A DNA stretch of 64,000 nucleotides from Gammaproteobacteria bacterium. GTDB taxonomy: Bacteria; Pseudomonadota; Gammaproteobacteria; Eutrophobiales; Eutrophobiaceae. Below, piece by piece: positions 39,207-48,217 of this stretch. The notes beneath the pieces were generated by a model that had not been told where the DNA came from, searched no databases, and was given only the letters and a program-made list of their open reading frames with translations. Every line of letters begins with the position of its first letter. Position 1 is the stretch's first letter. Location: NCBI GenBank assembly GCA_965240365.1, contig OZ251218.1, positions 1,594,765 through 1,658,764 on the forward strand, read 5' to 3'. The position numbers were made by a program, and so were the translations under genes.

Positions 39207-39285
39207 GTCATTCCGGCGAAAGCCGGAATCCAGTGGTTTATACAATACATTTCCGTCTGCCTGTCCACAGGCAGACGGAAATGAC
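39207..39285. repeat. REP-like double-hairpin unit with palindromic insert
   Basis: GTCATTCCGGCGAAAGCCGGAATCCAG ... CATTTCCG-TCTGCCTGTCCACAGGCAGA-CGGAAATGAC. Confidence 0.85.
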
Positions 39286-39440
39286 CACTAAGTGTGTTGT
39301 CCCCGCGTAAACAGGCAGAAAACTCCAGCCTCAATCCAAATTTCCCAAAGATAAAAAGCCGGATTTGTGGATTTATCCACGGTTAATTATCCATTTCCAA
39401 AAAAAAATCAAAAAAAGTCGGGTTTTTTTCAAATTTATGC

Positions 39441-39469
39441 TTGTTAATAATTCTCATTATGTCTATAAT
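39441..39469 (+). promoter_or_regulatory. sigma70 promoter overlapped by a Fur box (bfd)
   Basis: TTGTTA-17-TATAAT; TGTTAAT-A-ATTCTCA at 39442-39456. Confidence 0.7.
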
Positions 39470-39509
39470 TTGTGTCAGTTCAGTAATTAAATACCAACAA
39501 CCTGTTTCC

Positions 39510-39707
39510 ATGTATATCTGTATTTGCAGCGCCGTCACCGATTCTGACATCGATCAGGCCGTTAAAAACGGCGCGGATTGTGTGCAACATCTGGAAACCC
39601 GGCTCGGGGCCGGCATGAACTGCGGCACCTGCGCCTGTGAACTGGAACGCTGTCTTGACGAGGCCCTGGCCGGTCGGCCGGGCAAGCTGGATTTGAGGGC
39701 CTGTTAG
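39510..39707 (+). CDS. bfd: bacterioferritin-associated [2Fe-2S] ferredoxin
   Basis: MYICICSAVTD...CGTC motif next to the bfr genes. Confidence 0.92.
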   Translation: MYICICSAVTDSDIDQAVKNGADCVQHLETRLGAGMNCGTCACELERCLDEALAGRPGKLDLRAC

Positions 39708-39776
39708 TTTGTAATACCGGCTTTCTTAAAGAATTATCGTGCAGACGATAATCATCTCTCTGGTGGTGATATTATG

Positions 39777-39803
39777 GGGCGCCGCAAGGCGCCCTCTTTT
39801 TTT
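39777..39803 (+). terminator. intrinsic terminator
   Basis: GGGCGCC-GCAA-GGCGCCC followed by TCTTTTTTT. Confidence 0.85.
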
Positions 39804-39939
39804 ATTCAGGATACCCCATTCCATTAAACATCTCATCTTTAATTACTCTCCCCCGCCGCTTTTGCATACGGGCTTCCCTTAAACAAAATTTGGAATTACT
39901 ATTGTTTGTACTTTCAGGCTATAAACCACAGGTAATATT

Positions 39940-40944
39940 ATGAAAATCAAATTTCTTGTACTGCTCTTGTTATTGCAGGCCCCGGCCTTTGCCGCTGAAG
40001 TCAATGTCTATTCGGCGCGCAAGGAGGCGTTGATCAAGCCCCTGCTGGAACGTTTCACCGGGCAAACCGGGGTCACGGTCAATCTGGTCACGGGCAAGGC
40101 CGACACCCTGCTGAAGCGGCTTGAGGCGGAGGGCAGGAACAGCCCGGCCGATGTGTTGATCACGATCGATGCGGCCCGCCTGATCCGCGGCAAGCGGCTG
40201 GGCTTATTCCAGTCCACGGACTCAAACACACTGCAAGCCGCCATCCCGGCGCGGTATCGTGACGCCGATAAGCAATGGTTTGGCCTGTCCCTGCGCTCGC
40301 GCGTGCTGGTCTATGCGCCGGAGCGGGTCAATGAGTCTGAACTGGACGGCTATTTTGACCTGGCCGAGCCGAAATGGCGGGGGCGTATCTGCATTCGTTC
40401 ATCGTCCAATGTCTATAATCAATCCCTGGTTGCCGCCCTGATCGCCCATTATGGCCCGGCGCGAACCGAGCGCTGGGCCAGGGCGCTGGTGGAAAACCTG
40501 GGCCGCCCGCCCAAGGGCGGGGATCGGGATCAGATCAAGGCGGTTGCGGCCGGCGTGTGCGATGTCGCCGTGGTCAATAATTACTATCTGGCCGGTATGC
40601 TGGCCTCGACCCGCGAGGATCAGGTTCAGGCGGCGCAAAAGGTCGCGCTGTTCTGGCCGGATCAGGCCGCGCGCGGCGCCCACATGAACGTCAGCGGCGC
40701 GGCGATACTCAAGGCGGGCCGCAATAAGCCGCAGGCGTTGCAGTTGCTGGAATTTCTGGTCAGCGATGAAGCGCAACGCTGGTATGCCGAAAAAAACCAT
40801 GAATATCCGGTCAAACCCGGCATTAACAGCGGCGCCACGCTGCAAGGCTGGGGCAGTTTCAAGGCCGACAACCTGAACCTGAACCTGCTCGGCGAGCACA
40901 ACGCCGCCGCCGTAAAACTCATGGATCGGGCCGGCTGGAAATAA
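39940..40944 (+). CDS. Fe(3+) ABC transporter substrate-binding protein (FutA/FbpA-like)
   Basis: EVNVYSAR, SPADV, RSSSNVYNQSL, GGDRDQI and VNNYY motifs. Confidence 0.93.
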   Translation: MKIKFLVLLLLLQAPAFAAEVNVYSARKEALIKPLLERFTGQTGVTVNLVTGKADTLLKRLEAEGRNSPADVLITIDAARLIRGKRLGLFQSTDSNTLQAAIPARYRDADKQWFGLSLRSRVLVYAPERVNESELDGYFDLAEPKWRGRICIRSSSNVYNQSLVAALIAHYGPARTERWARALVENLGRPPKGGDRDQIKAVAAGVCDVAVVNNYYLAGMLASTREDQVQAAQKVALFWPDQAARGAHMNVSGAAILKAGRNKPQALQLLEFLVSDEAQRWYAEKNHEYPVKPGINSGATLQGWGSFKADNLNLNLLGEHNAAAVKLMDRAGWK

Positions 40945-41028
40945 CAGGCCCGGCATGCTGGTTGCCGCCCGTATCAAGCAAATCAGCAAGCCATCCTGCC
41001 GGATTCCAAGCCACGATCAGGCCGCGCC

Positions 41029-42657
41029 TTGTCTTTAAAGTGGAATCTGGCGCTGGCCATCGTGTCGCTGCTGTTCAGCGTTCCGCTGTTGGTGGTGTTT
41101 GGCTCCTTGCTGTTCCCGTCAACGGAGGTCTGGGCCCATCTGATCGATACGGTTCTCTTCGATTATATTAACAACTCCCTGCTCCTGCTCCTGGGCGTGG
41201 CCTTGCTCAGTCTGGCGCTGGGCGTGGCGCCGGCCTGGCTGGTCACCATGTACCGCTTCCCGTTGAGCCGCTGGCTGGAATGGGCCCTGCTGCTGCCGCT
41301 GGCGATACCGGCCTATATCATCGCCTACACCTACACCGGCGTGCTGGACGCGGCCGGGCCGCTGCAAAGCGGATTGCGCGAACTGGCCGGCTGGCAATAC
41401 CGCGATTACTGGTTCCCGGAGGTGCGCTCGCTGGGCGGCGCCATCGTCATGTTGTCACTGGTGCTCTACCCTTATATCTATCTGCTGGCGCGCGCGGCCT
41501 TTATCGAACAATCCGTCTGCGTGCTGGAGGTGGCGCGCACCCTGGGCTGCGCCGGCCCGCGCGCCTTCGGCCGGGTCGCGCTGCCGCTGGCGCGCCCGGC
41601 GATTATGGTCGGGCTCTCGCTGGTGATCATGGAGACCCTGGCGGATTACGGCACGGTGCAGTATTTTGGTGTCCCGGCCCTCACCACCGGCATCTTCCGC
41701 ACCTGGTTCGGCCTCGGCGACAGCCTGGCCGCGGCCCAGTTGTCGGCCCTGTTGCTGCTGTTTGTGGCGGTATTTTTATACCTCGAAAAGCGCTCGCGCC
41801 GGCAGGCGCGCTTTTATCACACCAGCAGCCGCTACGGCCGCCTGTCGCCACAGCGTTTGCGCGGGGCCAAGGCCGCCTTTGCCTCTGGCTATTGCCTCGC
41901 GCCCCTGTTATTCGGTTTTCTGATACCGGCCGGTTTCCTGCTCGGCTGGGCCCTGGACGCCCCCGCAGCGCTGGACCGGAGCTTCTACCGGCTTCTGTTT
42001 AACAGCCTGTCGCTGGCCTTGATTACCGCGCTTTGCGCCGCGGCGATCGCCCTGTTCATGGCCTATGGCGGCCGCGCTGACCCGCATTCCGCGGGCAACC
42101 GGTTTATCGTACGTTTTGTAAGCCTGGGCTATGCCATACCCGGCACGGTCATCGCGGTCGGGGTGCTGATCCCGTTCGCCTGGTTCGATAACACGCTCGA
42201 TGCCTTTTTATCGGCCCGGTTCGGCATTGACAGCGGCCTCGTCATCAGCGGCACCCTGTTTATGCTGGTGTTTGCCTACCTGATCCGGTTTCTGGCGATT
42301 TCAATCAATACCGTCGAGGCCGGCCTGATCAAGATCAAGCCGGTCATGGACGAGGTCGCAAAAACGGCCGGCCTGGGGCCGGCCGCCATTATCAGGCGCA
42401 TCCATATCCCGATGATGCGGGGCAGTCTGTTAACGGCGCTGTTGCTGGTGTTTGTCGATGTGTTGAAGGAATTGCCGGCCACGCTGATACTGCGCCCCTT
42501 TAATTACAACACGCTGGCGGTCAGGACCTATGAACTGGCCAATGAGGAAAGGCTGGCCGATGCAGCGGCGCCCGCGCTTGCGATCGTGCTGGCGGGTATC
42601 CTGCCCGTTATCCTGATCAGCAAATCCATCTCCGCCGCCCGCCCCGGCCATGAGTAA
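41029..42657 (+). CDS. Fe(3+) ABC transporter permease (FbpB-like)
   Basis: Duplicated permease with LPLARPA, ETLADYG and KELPATL.LRP motifs. Confidence 0.93.
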   Translation: MSLKWNLALAIVSLLFSVPLLVVFGSLLFPSTEVWAHLIDTVLFDYINNSLLLLLGVALLSLALGVAPAWLVTMYRFPLSRWLEWALLLPLAIPAYIIAYTYTGVLDAAGPLQSGLRELAGWQYRDYWFPEVRSLGGAIVMLSLVLYPYIYLLARAAFIEQSVCVLEVARTLGCAGPRAFGRVALPLARPAIMVGLSLVIMETLADYGTVQYFGVPALTTGIFRTWFGLGDSLAAAQLSALLLLFVAVFLYLEKRSRRQARFYHTSSRYGRLSPQRLRGAKAAFASGYCLAPLLFGFLIPAGFLLGWALDAPAALDRSFYRLLFNSLSLALITALCAAAIALFMAYGGRADPHSAGNRFIVRFVSLGYAIPGTVIAVGVLIPFAWFDNTLDAFLSARFGIDSGLVISGTLFMLVFAYLIRFLAISINTVEAGLIKIKPVMDEVAKTAGLGPAAIIRRIHIPMMRGSLLTALLLVFVDVLKELPATLILRPFNYNTLAVRTYELANEERLADAAAPALAIVLAGILPVILISKSISAARPGHE

Positions 42658-43696
42658 CGCGCTTGAGATAAAGGCGCTGTCTGCCGCGCTGGAAGGCCGG
42701 CCCGTGCTGACAGAAATCGCGTTCAGCCTGTCCGGAGCCGGGATCGCCTGTCTGCTCGGGCCGAGCGGTTGCGGCAAGACCACCTTGTTGCGCTGTATCG
42801 CCGGTTTTGAACAGCCGCGGCGGGGCGAAATCTGGATCAACGGGCGCAAGGTCAGCGGCCCGGACGGCCATGTGCCCGTGGAACACAGGCAGGTTGGCAT
42901 GGTGTTTCAGGATTACGCCCTGTTCCCGCACCTGAGCGTGGCCGACAATATTACTTTCGGCCTCAAAAAGACGACCTCGGCCAGGGTCAAGCGGCGCCTG
43001 GATGAACTGATCGCGCTGTTCTCGCTCGACGATTACGCCGAGCGGTTTCCGCACAGCCTGTCCGGCGGCCAACAACAGCGCGTCGCGCTGGCGCGGGCGA
43101 TGGCGCCGCGGCCAGGCGTGTTATTGCTGGATGAACCCTTTGCCGGGCTTGACGTGGAACTGCGCGAACAACTGGCGCGTGAACTGCGCCGGATCCTCAA
43201 GCAGGACGGCATAACCACCATCCTGGTCAGCCATAACCAGTTGGAGGCGTTTGCGATGGCGGACGTGATCGGCGTGATGGCGGCCGGCAGACTGTTGCAG
43301 TGGGACGGCGCGCTCGAACTTTACCATGAACCGAATTGCCCCGGCGTGGCCGATTTTGTCGGCGAGGGCGTGTTTATCCCGGGCCGGGTCGTGAACGACC
43401 GGGAAGTCAGCACGGAAATCGGCAACATCAAGGGCCGGCTGCCGGCGGGCCTCGCGCCGGGAGAGCCGGTTAACGTGTTGATCCGGCCGGATGATATTCT
43501 GCACGACGATAACAGCGCAATGACGGCCCGCGTGAAAGACAAGGCCTTCAGGGGTGCGACATTTCTCTACACGCTGGAGACAGAGCGCGGTTTAAAGCTG
43601 CTAAGCCTCGTGCCCAGCCATCACGACCACTCGCTCAATGAACCGCTCGGCATCCGCCCCGAGGTTGAACACCTGGTCGTGTTTCCAAAGAAATAA
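42650..43696 (+). CDS. Fe(3+) ABC transporter ATP-binding protein (FbpC-like)
   Basis: GPSGCGKT, LSGGQQQRVALAR and LLLDEPF motifs. Confidence 0.94.
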   Translation: MSNALEIKALSAALEGRPVLTEIAFSLSGAGIACLLGPSGCGKTTLLRCIAGFEQPRRGEIWINGRKVSGPDGHVPVEHRQVGMVFQDYALFPHLSVADNITFGLKKTTSARVKRRLDELIALFSLDDYAERFPHSLSGGQQQRVALARAMAPRPGVLLLDEPFAGLDVELREQLARELRRILKQDGITTILVSHNQLEAFAMADVIGVMAAGRLLQWDGALELYHEPNCPGVADFVGEGVFIPGRVVNDREVSTEIGNIKGRLPAGLAPGEPVNVLIRPDDILHDDNSAMTARVKDKAFRGATFLYTLETERGLKLLSLVPSHHDHSLNEPLGIRPEVEHLVVFPKK

Positions 43697-43751
43697 GGGG
43701 CGATTGTACAGGTTCAGGCAGAAGTGAGACTTTTCCAGGAAAAGAAACCGG

Positions 43752-43830
43752 GTTGCCTGCGGCAGGCAGGCGAAAGCCGGAATCCAGTGGTTTATGAAAT
43801 ACATTCCCGCTGGGCCTGCTACAGGCAACA
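43752..43830. repeat. truncated REP-like unit with palindromic inserts
   Basis: ..GCCTGCGGCAGGCAGG-CGAAAGCCGGAATCCAGTGGTTTATGAAATACATTCCCGC. Confidence 0.8.
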
Positions 43831-43875
43831 GACAGCCCCGATTTATCTCATAAGAGATTAAATCCGGATAAGCAC

Positions 43876-43904
43876 TTGCGAAGCCATCTGTTTTTTGCTA
43901 ATCT
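43876..43904 (+). promoter_or_regulatory. sigma70-like promoter (extended -10)
   Basis: TTGCGA-17-TAATCT with TG at the extended position. Confidence 0.55.
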
Positions 43905-43958
43905 TCAAACATTATCCCGTTGCATCCTTAATGAAAGAACAGAAAAAAGGCTAATAAA

Positions 43959-44990
43959 GTGAACAATATCAATTACTTACCCCCCCCCCCCCCCCCCACC
44001 CCCTCATATAATAATCTGACTCGCGCTTCCTCCCGCGAGCCCTTCCCCGCGCCTCAACTCCCCGGATGCGCAAGAAAACAAACATTCTTTTCATCCCTTA
44101 TCTATCTCATTCCTCTGACCCTGCTTCTGGTCGCCTGCGGTGGCGACAGCCCGGAGCAAACAGAGAAAACCCATAACCTCGAAGACCATCCTTTAGCAAA
44201 GTACAGCGAAGCCGCTGATGCGGACATCATGCGGTTTATTGTTCCGACCAGTTCCTGGGGGTTTGGCAGAACCACTTTCCCCCGGATCTGCACCGCGGCC
44301 GCGCTTCCTCCTCAATGTCAGCAATCAAGACGTGAATTTATCAAGGAAGCCGAACAGGAAGGCGCGCCGGAAGCCTGGATAGCAACGCTGGTTGTTGAGT
44401 ATGAAGAAAAGTGCAGCAAAAAAGCGCTTGAGCAAAGATGTCAAGCCGGCGTCGATCAGGTTCTCTCGGCCCTGCGAGAAATCGGCCGGGAAGATATCAG
44501 CGGGGCGCACCTCAGAAACCCGGCCTTTTGGCAGTTGCAGGAAGAGGTCGTAGCCGCTTACAAGGAAAAACAGCAGGCCCAGGAGGCGGCATGGCAAGAA
44601 AAGAGGCGTGACATCGAGGCGGAACACCAGCAAAAAGAGCAGGATATTTTGGCGCTGTACGAAAAAAAAGAGCAGGCGCTTGAGGCGCGCATTGCAGAGG
44701 CCAATAAGGCCGATGTGCCGCTTGAGATAGACGGCAGCCTCGCCGCTTTCGAGAAAGCGAAAAGCGAAGGGTTGAAGACCGGCATATATGGGTCGTTCAC
44801 GTCAAACGAAACAATAAATCTGTCCATTGCAATGGGCGCCCGGATGGCGCTCGCCGACGACCGGTATAAGGAATTGAACGCGGCCCGCGCTGTCAGGGGC
44901 GACGCCTTGAATGCCGCACAAGAGACCCGGAATGCGATTCAGAAAGAAGCCGGCGCCCGGTTGCAAAGATTCAAGCAAGGCGCCTACTGA
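43959..44990 (+). CDS. hypothetical lipoprotein with 5' poly-C tract and coiled-coil C-terminus
   Basis: GTG start, C18 tract encoding P6, lipobox LLVAC preceded by a hydrophobic stretch, helical C-terminal half. Confidence 0.7.
   Translation: MNNINYLPPPPPPTPSYNNLTRASSREPFPAPQLPGCARKQTFFSSLIYLIPLTLLLVACGGDSPEQTEKTHNLEDHPLAKYSEAADADIMRFIVPTSSWGFGRTTFPRICTAAALPPQCQQSRREFIKEAEQEGAPEAWIATLVVEYEEKCSKKALEQRCQAGVDQVLSALREIGREDISGAHLRNPAFWQLQEEVVAAYKEKQQAQEAAWQEKRRDIEAEHQQKEQDILALYEKKEQALEARIAEANKADVPLEIDGSLAAFEKAKSEGLKTGIYGSFTSNETINLSIAMGARMALADDRYKELNAARAVRGDALNAAQETRNAIQKEAGARLQRFKQGAY
43980..43997 (+). repeat. C18 homopolymer (simple sequence repeat)
   Basis: 18 consecutive C followed by A and C5, 21 nt after the start codon. 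Confidence 0.95.
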
Positions 44991-45033
44991 ACGCTAGCTT
45001 GATGTTCCACAAAAATAAATTAGGAGATAAAAA

Positions 45034-45561
45034 ATGCTTTATGGTATAGCAATGACCCCGGGCCAATGGGTAGTAGTGCTTTTTTTGGCGTTGCTTTTGG
45101 TATTTGCGCCCTTTGTGGTCATACAGTGGTTCGCTGAATTATTACCTAAACCTTTGGATACTATAGTCCTTATTGTGTTTGTATTTATCCTTTTTCCGGT
45201 TTTGGTATGTTATGTATATCGTAAAAAAATGTTTAAAAGCGGTAAAGCAGGGGTGCTATTTTTTGTGTATGTCCTGTTTTATGCTTTCTTTTTTATAATG
45301 GCTTTTCTACAATTACTTATAAGTGGGCCATCTTTAGATGCCATAGCCGGCGTTATAGTAAGCGGGAGTGTTACTTTTTACATGCTTTATACAGCCTTCA
45401 AAACGAAGCGTGAATTTGAAAAGCTCTTGCAAGCGCAACAAGAAGCAAAACGTCAACATGACATTAAACGGCAGGCGGCAGAACGTGAAGATGATGTTAA
45501 ACGACAGGCGGAGGCCATATTGCTTGCCGAAAAAATGAAAGAGCAAAATAAAGATACGTAG
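45034..45561 (+). CDS. AT-rich hypothetical four-TM membrane protein
   Basis: AGGAG RBS; four hydrophobic helices and a charged tail; visibly lower GC than its neighbours. Confidence 0.8.
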   Translation: MLYGIAMTPGQWVVVLFLALLLVFAPFVVIQWFAELLPKPLDTIVLIVFVFILFPVLVCYVYRKKMFKSGKAGVLFFVYVLFYAFFFIMAFLQLLISGPSLDAIAGVIVSGSVTFYMLYTAFKTKREFEKLLQAQQEAKRQHDIKRQAAEREDDVKRQAEAILLAEKMKEQNKDT

Positions 45562-45661
45562 CGAATCGTTCAACCGGACGCCTTCGCTAACGCCCGGCGC
45601 TCCTTGATTCATCGGCTGTTCACTGAGAGTATCGAAGCGCTTTAAGTAGGCAACAAAGACC

Positions 45662-45868
45662 ATGAAACCGGACACACAAACAGACCCCCCATACATGCCA
45701 GACTCCAGCCGCTGGCCGCGCTCGGTCATTCTGGCCAGGGACAGCGTGCGCGCCTCCGGCGGCGATGTGGACGATGGGGCTATGGATATTATTGCCGGCG
45801 CCGCCAATGGCGCGTATTCACATGACGAGGCGGTAAGCATACTTATTGAACGTCACAAAAAACCTTAA
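45662..45868 (+). CDS. putative VbhA/FicA-like antitoxin
   Basis: 68 aa ORF directly upstream of fic; ARDSVRASGG and ANGAYSHDEAV resemble the VbhA layout. Confidence 0.55.
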   Translation: MKPDTQTDPPYMPDSSRWPRSVILARDSVRASGGDVDDGAMDIIAGAANGAYSHDEAVSILIERHKKP

Positions 45869-45916
45869 CCGCTAAACGGTTATGCACGGCCCCCAGGGGC
45901 TTGAGGACATTCAATC

Positions 45917-46771
45917 ATGGCGCAGACGGACTCTTACCTTGTTCCGGGGACCCGCGTATTAAAAAACAAGGTCGGCGCAAGCACGGCGGCCGATCTCGCG
46001 GCGCTGGAGCACAAGATAAGCGCCGTCCGCATAGCACAACTCAAACAGCGGCCGCTGAGCGGGGATTTTGATTATCAACACCTGCAAGCCCTGCACGCTC
46101 ATATCTTTGGAGATATCTATGAATGGGCGGGCAAGCCGCGTACCATCGGTATCGTCAAGCGGGAACCCCTGCTCAATAATCAAACGGTGGAATACCCGCA
46201 TCCGCGCGATCCCTTTCCGCCCCACAATCTCGAAAACCGCGCCCGCTATGCCTTTGATCAATTACAGCAGGAAAATTACCTGAAGGGCCTGGACCGGGAC
46301 GCCTTTATTGATAAATGCGCCCAACATTTCACGGAAATCTGGCAGACGCATCCGTTCCGGGACGGCAACACCCGCGCGAGCCTGGAACTGTTCCGGCAGT
46401 TGGCAGAGGAAGCCGGCCACCCCATGCGCCAGACCCTGTCCGACACGCCGGGGGCGCTGCGCGATGCGCTGGTGCTGTCCGCCGCCGCGGGCCGGGCGCA
46501 ACCGCTGAAACAGCGGATCGGGAAGGCCATCACGCCGCTCAGGCATCTGTATGAGGAAATGGCGTCGCTCAGGGCCGCCGACCCGGCCGCTTATGACCAG
46601 ATTACCGCCCTGAAAACGGCCGCCGCGAAACTGGCCGGTGAGAACAAAGCGGCCGAGAGAGATAAAACCGCCTTTACCGATAAAATCATCAACCGGGCGC
46701 TCGCCCATTACCGGCAAAAACGGGAAATCCCCACGCTCGGGCGACTCAGCAAGGCGGATTTTAACGGGTAA
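45917..46771 (+). CDS. Fic-domain protein (FicT-like)
   Basis: Y..PGTRVLKNK, LHAHIFGDIYEWAGKPR and HPFRDGNTR motifs. Confidence 0.92.
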   Translation: MAQTDSYLVPGTRVLKNKVGASTAADLAALEHKISAVRIAQLKQRPLSGDFDYQHLQALHAHIFGDIYEWAGKPRTIGIVKREPLLNNQTVEYPHPRDPFPPHNLENRARYAFDQLQQENYLKGLDRDAFIDKCAQHFTEIWQTHPFRDGNTRASLELFRQLAEEAGHPMRQTLSDTPGALRDALVLSAAAGRAQPLKQRIGKAITPLRHLYEEMASLRAADPAAYDQITALKTAAAKLAGENKAAERDKTAFTDKIINRALAHYRQKREIPTLGRLSKADFNG

Positions 46772-46818
46772 AGCAGCTTACAGGCGTTTGCATGCTCAGC
46801 CAAAGGCAAAAACGGCCA

Positions 46819-47166
46819 TCATGTTTCTGCATCCGGCGCTTTCCCCGCTGGTTCTGTAGTTTGCCGCTTCGGTAACCGCGATAGTTTGCGGCCTTTGGCG
46901 AGTTCCTTGAAACTGCCCGCCTGTTGCAGGCAGGCGACCCAGGACTTGACGACATCGTGGTCCCGGGTCTCGCCGGTGATTTCAAATTTCTCCCATCTGG
47001 CCAGGACCAACTGCCGCTCAGCCTCCAGAGCTTCTTCAATATCGAGAAACCGCTCTATCGCGGTTTTCATCAGATAGTGCGGTGTTGTATTCCTGGCCTT
47101 ACTCAAGGCTGCCAGACGGGCCTCAATGTCTCCGCTCAATTGCACCTTTGCCATAGCTTTGCTCAT
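46819..47166 (-). CDS. CopG/ribbon-helix-helix antitoxin-like protein
   Basis: VQLSGDIEARLAALS..R..TPHYLMKTAIERFLD.EE ... W..F..TGE..DHD.V..W pattern. Confidence 0.75.
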   Translation of the reverse strand: MSKAMAKVQLSGDIEARLAALSKARNTTPHYLMKTAIERFLDIEEALEAERQLVLARWEKFEITGETRDHDVVKSWVACLQQAGSFKELAKGRKLSRLPKRQTTEPAGKAPDAET

Positions 47167-47201
47167 GTTGTGGTTCAATGTAACACAAGGTAGTACAAAT
47201 T

Positions 47202-47335
47202 GTCATTCCCGCCCAGGCCCTGCCTGCTGCAGGCAGGGGGAATGTATTACATAAAACACTGGATTCCTCGGCGGCCTGTTCCTGACGCCGCTCTACCACC
47301 TGCATCCATGCAGGCGAGCTTTCGCTGGAATGACG
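47202..47335. repeat. REP-like unit (minus orientation) carrying both insert types
   Basis: 19-bp palindrome at 47219-47237 and GGA double hairpin at about 47267-47316. Confidence 0.88.
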
Positions 47336-47544
47336 ACGGAGACAGAATCAGCTTTTCGACAGGCCCGTCATTTCCGGCCTGTGCATCAGGCAGGCGCCAA
47401 ACCAACCAGAATAAATACGTAATCTGTGGATTTCCTACTTGCCTGCCTGCGGCAGGTTCTGTGAAATAGGGCAGACCACTGAGCAATGTTATATTTTCCT
47501 ATATCTGTTGCATAGCTATGTGATATCGAATATGGTGTCACATC

Positions 47545-47973
47545 ATGTTTGGGTTTGTTTTGGATACCGATGTTATTGTCGCGGCGATGCGCAGTCCTGC
47601 CGGGGCCTCTGCCGCGTTACTTGATGCCGCCCTTAACAAGCAATTGATTATTCTCGCCAGCGTGCCACTATTTATTGAATATGAGGCCAAGTGTACCGAC
47701 CCGAGGCACTGGACAGAGGCGGGGCTGACCGGTGATCAGGCGCTTGGTTTCATTAATGGTATTGCGGCGCTGATCAGGCCGGTAAAGCCCCACTTTCTTT
47801 GGCGGCCGGTGTTGCGCGACCCAAATGACGAAATGGTGCTGGAAGTAGCAATAAACGGTCAGGCTGACGCCATTGTTACTTTTAACCTTCGCGACTACGG
47901 CACGGTATCGGAACAATTTAATGTAGAGATTCTATTGCCCTCCGAGGCAATAAGGAGAGTAAGAAATGGCTGA
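47545..47973 (+). CDS. PIN-domain toxin of a putative TA pair
   Basis: VLDTDVIVAAMRS, EYE, LRDPNDEMVLEVAING and VTFNLRDY motifs. Confidence 0.9.
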   Translation: MFGFVLDTDVIVAAMRSPAGASAALLDAALNKQLIILASVPLFIEYEAKCTDPRHWTEAGLTGDQALGFINGIAALIRPVKPHFLWRPVLRDPNDEMVLEVAINGQADAIVTFNLRDYGTVSEQFNVEILLPSEAIRRVRNG

Positions 47974-48217
47974 AACATCAACGTATCCGCTTAGATTGCC
48001 CACATCCTTAAAAAAGGAAGTCGCCAGACTTGCCAGACGTGACGGCGCCAGCGTGAACCAGTTTATTGCCCTGGCGGTGGCGGAAAAAGTATCCGCCCTG
48101 GAAACTGAAACATTTTTTAAGGAACGTGGAAGACTCGCCGATATGGATGAATTCAAGAAGATTCTGCGCCGGGAAAACGGCGTTGCCCCGTCTAAATCCG
48201 ATCAAATGCCAAAATAG
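47966..48217 (+). CDS. HicB-like/RHH antitoxin
   Basis: YPLRLPTSLK......A..DG.SVNQFIALAVAEK motif; overlaps the PIN gene stop. Confidence 0.85.
   Translation: MAETSTYPLRLPTSLKKEVARLARRDGASVNQFIALAVAEKVSALETETFFKERGRLADMDEFKKILRRENGVAPSKSDQMPK

Noticed and set aside
43841-43863. dif (XerCD) site
   Set aside because: ATTTATCTCATAAGAGATTAAAT only loosely resembles the XerD arm and lacks the 11-6-11 layout.
45862-45887. attC site between the antitoxin-like gene and fic
   Set aside because: TAACCG-CTAAA-CGGTTA is only a short hairpin, far too small for attC.
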